From Bdellovibrionales bacterium (GTDB lineage: Bacteria; Bdellovibrionota; Bdellovibrionia; Bdellovibrionales; CAYMLA01), in the NCBI GenBank assembly GCA_965217115.1, contig OZ244239.1, forward strand, positions 384,001-448,000: a stretch of 64,000 bases of DNA, read 5' to 3'. A model generated the notes under the pieces. The model ran no database searches, was not told where the DNA came from, and worked only from the letters and a program-made list of their open reading frames with translations. Every line of letters starts with the position of its first letter. Position 1 is the first letter of the stretch. Made by a program: the position numbers and the translations under genes. Below, piece by piece: positions 60,853 to 64,000 of this stretch.

Positions 60853-61356
60853 CTAGAAATACTGCTCTTTAATCCCTTTGGCAATAGCTGAAAAAAAATC
60901 TGTATAGGATTCCCCAAGAACAAACATGGGAATAAAATAAAGGCTTACCATCCAAAAAAATGCAACGGATACCAATTTGTACAGTAGCCACTTAATAGAT
61001 AACATTTTCAATTTCGATACTAACAATGACCGTATTACTATGAAACTAAGCCAAAAAGCCCCCTGGGCTATAAAGAAATTCTCCCAATTAGAAAATTTAG
61101 AGAGCTCTTCCACAGATTCGAGCACTTTGTCATCAGTGGCGATAGCTATTATCTTTTGCATCTCCTCATTATTAGAAAATCTTTTGACTTTCTCTGCCAT
61201 TTTCTGGCTCGCCCACTCTATCTTTTGAATTTGCTCATAGTCTAAATCTTTAACGACGTTCAACCACATCTTATCACCCTCTTTTAATTTCCTGGCCTCT
61301 ATTGCTCTACCTGGCAATTTTAGACGCCATACGCTACTCTCGTCTAGCAATAACAT
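60853..61356 (-). CDS. Hypothetical membrane protein
   Basis: Two C-terminal hydrophobic helices; start uncertain. Confidence 0.55.
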   Translation of the reverse strand: MLLLDESSVWRLKLPGRAIEARKLKEGDKMWLNVVKDLDYEQIQKIEWASQKMAEKVKRFSNNEEMQKIIAIATDDKVLESVEELSKFSNWENFFIAQGAFWLSFIVIRSLLVSKLKMLSIKWLLYKLVSVAFFWMVSLYFIPMFVLGESYTDFFSAIAKGIKEQYF

Positions 61357-61477
61357 CTAAGGCTAACTGACTCAGGCATTCAAGACAACTCTTTCTCCCT
61401 CAATCAATGAATTCCTTTACTGTTTGCCGAGGACTTTGTATGCTCAGAAAATAAATTTTCTCTAAGGACTTTTTTAA

Positions 61478-62134
61478 GTGAAGAGTTTCGTATTTGGCCA
61501 TACCTACAACTCCCTTCCCATCATCGCCCACGAATTTGGCAGTCAGGGACCGAGTGTTCTTATTCTTGCTGGAGTTCACGGAGATGAAAGCGAGGGCGTC
61601 ATTGCAGCCCATGGCTTGCTCGATAGCTTCACACAGAGTTTCCCCTATAAGCTCCACCTCACGATCATTCCCGCTTTCAACCTAGATGGCGTCATCGCCG
61701 GCCAAAGGAAAAATGCCAACGGTGTCGATCTCAACCGCAACCTCCCAACTTCAGATTGGTCCCCAGAAATAGCTTCTGAACGCTACCATCCTGGAGGTGA
61801 AGCGGGGAGTGAACCTGAGACTCAGGCCCTTCTGAGGTTCTTGGATAGATGCAAGCCTCGTTTTATCATCTCTCTCCACTCGTGGAAACCCATGCTCAAT
61901 ATCAATGGAAAATGTGATCAGGAGGCCCAGATCATCTCTGAATTGACAGGTTACGAAATCAAAGAGAGTATCGGCTATCCCACGCCTGGATGCCTGGGCA
62001 CCTACTCTGGCTTGGAACGAAACACCCCCACACTCACCTATGAAATCGAGCGAGGACTCTCTACTGAGGAGACCCTGCGAGTACACCCTCCTGCTATATT
62101 AGAAGCTTTAAAAATAACGGAATCCATCACTTAA
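61478..62134 (+). CDS. mpaA: Murein tripeptide amidase (M14, MpaA-like)
   Basis: HGDE, NANGVDLNRN, SEPET, SLH, GYPTPG. Confidence 0.85.
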   Translation: MKSFVFGHTYNSLPIIAHEFGSQGPSVLILAGVHGDESEGVIAAHGLLDSFTQSFPYKLHLTIIPAFNLDGVIAGQRKNANGVDLNRNLPTSDWSPEIASERYHPGGEAGSEPETQALLRFLDRCKPRFIISLHSWKPMLNINGKCDQEAQIISELTGYEIKESIGYPTPGCLGTYSGLERNTPTLTYEIERGLSTEETLRVHPPAILEALKITESIT

Positions 62135-62148
62135 AATAAGGACAAAAC

Positions 62149-62958
62149 GTGAACTCTCTACAAGACACAATCGAAACAGCTTTTAACAAAGAGTCACTCT
62201 CCCCCCAAGATATAGAATCTGTCCAATCAGTCTTGGCAGCTTTAAATAATGGAACTCTGCGTGTTTGTGAAAAAAGAGATGACCAGTGGACTATCAACGA
62301 GTGGACTAAAAAGGCGATCTTACTTTATTTTCGTATACAGAAAATGACTATTATCCAAGCTGGAGATCTGCAGTTCTTTGATAAAATCCCTTTAAAGAGA
62401 TGGACTGAGCATGACGGTGTTCGTGTCGCCCCCCATGCCTTGGCCCGTTATGGCAGTCATGTGGAGGCTGGAGCTGTGCTTATGCCGTCCTATGTCAACA
62501 TCGGAGCCTATGTGGGAAGTGGCAGTCTTATTGATACTTGGGCCACGATAGGCTCTTGCGCCCAAGTTGGCAAAAACGTTCACATCTCTGGAGGGGTTGG
62601 TTTAGGAGGAGTCATGGAACCCCTGCAAGCCAGACCTGTCATCATTGAAGACGATGTTTTTATTGGCAGCCGCTGTATCATTGTCGAAGGAACTATTATT
62701 GAATCAAAAGCCGTCTTAGGAGCGGGGGTCACAATAACAGCCAGCACTAAGATTATTGACGTTACAAAGAGCGAACCCGAAATCCATCAAGGCCGTGTGC
62801 CCGCCAACTCCGTTGTGATTCCTGGAGTCACCAACAAAAAATTTCCCTCTGGAGAATACGGCGTCTCTGCCGCTCTCATCATTGGTCAGCGCAAGGCGAG
62901 CACAGATATTAAAACATCTTTAAACAATGCCCTCAGAGAGCATAATGTCTCTGTTTAG
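62149..62958 (+). CDS. dapD: Tetrahydrodipicolinate N-succinyltransferase
   Basis: KKAILLYF, MPSYVNIGA, GSCAQVG, hexapeptide repeats. Confidence 0.95.
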   Translation: MNSLQDTIETAFNKESLSPQDIESVQSVLAALNNGTLRVCEKRDDQWTINEWTKKAILLYFRIQKMTIIQAGDLQFFDKIPLKRWTEHDGVRVAPHALARYGSHVEAGAVLMPSYVNIGAYVGSGSLIDTWATIGSCAQVGKNVHISGGVGLGGVMEPLQARPVIIEDDVFIGSRCIIVEGTIIESKAVLGAGVTITASTKIIDVTKSEPEIHQGRVPANSVVIPGVTNKKFPSGEYGVSAALIIGQRKASTDIKTSLNNALREHNVSV

Positions 62959-63131
62959 CAAGCCCCTGTAAGCACTGCCTTGTGAGTCTTTAAAAAGGTC
63001 TTCTTTGAGGACAGATTTAAATAGCTTCCCTTTTTTTATTCCACTCTTTAGTTGTCTTGCTATATAGGGCCTTTTTCTGGTATGCATGTCTAAGTTCAAA
63101 CGATCTACAAAGTCCTCTTTTGAACACAAAT

Positions 63132-63218
63132 GCGCCAGTGCTGGAATTGGTAGACAGGCTGGTTTGAGGGATCAGTGCTCGTAAGGGCGTGGAGGTTCAA
63201 GTCCTCTCTGGCGCACCA
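63132..63218 (+). tRNA. tRNA-Leu(GAG)
   Basis: GCGCCAG/CTGGCGC acceptor stem, CTGGT-TTGAGGG-ATCAG anticodon arm, long variable arm, GTTCAAG, CCA end. Confidence 0.96.
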
Positions 63219-63408
63219 TTCATCAAGCTATTCGAAATGAAGAGGCACAAATAGTTACCTTCAGGAGACCAACCAAAACCGATCTCCTTTATTCTTCTGC
63301 CTGTGGCAGTCGTTAAGCCGTACAACTAAACTACTGCCCCAGGAAAAGCCTCTTTTAAAGGTTCTTTATGACAAACAATAGTGGAGCCAGTTTTTTCTGA
63401 TGAGCTGT

Positions 63409-63560
63409 TTTTTTTCTAGAGTCTCTCCCAAAAGAATCCAGCCCTTTTCTTGCTCAAACATCCGTTTGTCACCTTCCATTGCAGAAAAATGCAATGGAAG
63501 TCGCCAAGCCAAACTCGCCGAAAAGAACTGGATTCTTTTGGGAGAGACTCTAGAAAAAAA
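63409..63560 (+). repeat. Long hairpin element, stem type D
   Basis: Perfect 33-bp inverted repeat around gctcaaacat...cttccattgca/tgcaatggaag...aaactcgc. Confidence 0.85.
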
Positions 63561-64000
63561 GGCCGTATTCAATCAATGAATCAATAGTGTTGGTTTAGAA
63601 ATAGGTCATTTATTCTGGACAAATTCCCTCGAAAGTTTAAAACGAAGAATAATAAACCTGGGTTGGTTTAGAAAACTATGCTCCGTTAACTAGACAGATT
63701 TCCTCTATTTCTATGGCTGACCTCCATGTATAACAACGCTGTTATCCATGGATAGTTTTAGAAAGAGAGCCCTCAAGATGAGTCTCTTGGGAACAGTTCC
63801 ACTATTTATCACAAAGAACCAATCAGAACGGCTACGAATCGCACCCCAGACATTTTCTCAGCAGAGAAATAGCTTGCTTAATAATAAATAGAATACTGGT
63901 GTGAATCACACTATGAATGTATCTAACTCGCTACAACAGGAGTATGGAGAAACTACCTACAAGCACCTGTTAATTTACAATTTGGTATATATTTAGAAGA

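Overview
A mostly housekeeping chromosomal window, most likely from a Bdellovibrionota predatory bacterium (inferred from an 'LFENC' lipobox, Bdellovibrio-style PilA and long coiled-coil proteins). Recognisable genes: tldD/tldE, yfgM-bamB, Leu dehydrogenase, acyl-CoA dehydrogenase, VKOR-DsbA, dnaK, dnaJ, an RHH/Doc toxin-antitoxin pair, three tandem type IV pilins, clpS-clpA, hutG/hutF, a fused E1 2-oxoacid dehydrogenase with a FabD-like partner, yceD-rpmF, trpS, metG, two PTPS/QueD paralogues, psd, scpAB, a Na/Pi cotransporter, mpaA, dapD and tRNA-Leu(GAG). Unusual features: (1) six complete copies of a long hairpin element sharing a small core (GCTCARACAT...AACT(G)CGC) inside four unrelated but self-complementary stems; three copies bracket two cassette-like paralogous secreted-protein genes with a divergent middle, and most copies have a repeat expansion on the same side; (2) a radical SAM-arsM-pstSCAB-glycosyltransferase cluster right behind rpmF, consistent with organoarsenic (arsenosugar-type) synthesis and its own oxyanion transporter; (3) a lipoprotein with a phage gp38-like polyglycine domain, missed by the ORF track; (4) a recently duplicated pilin pair; (5) widespread slippage-type repeats. 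All calls come from motif reading by eye; no database searches were run.
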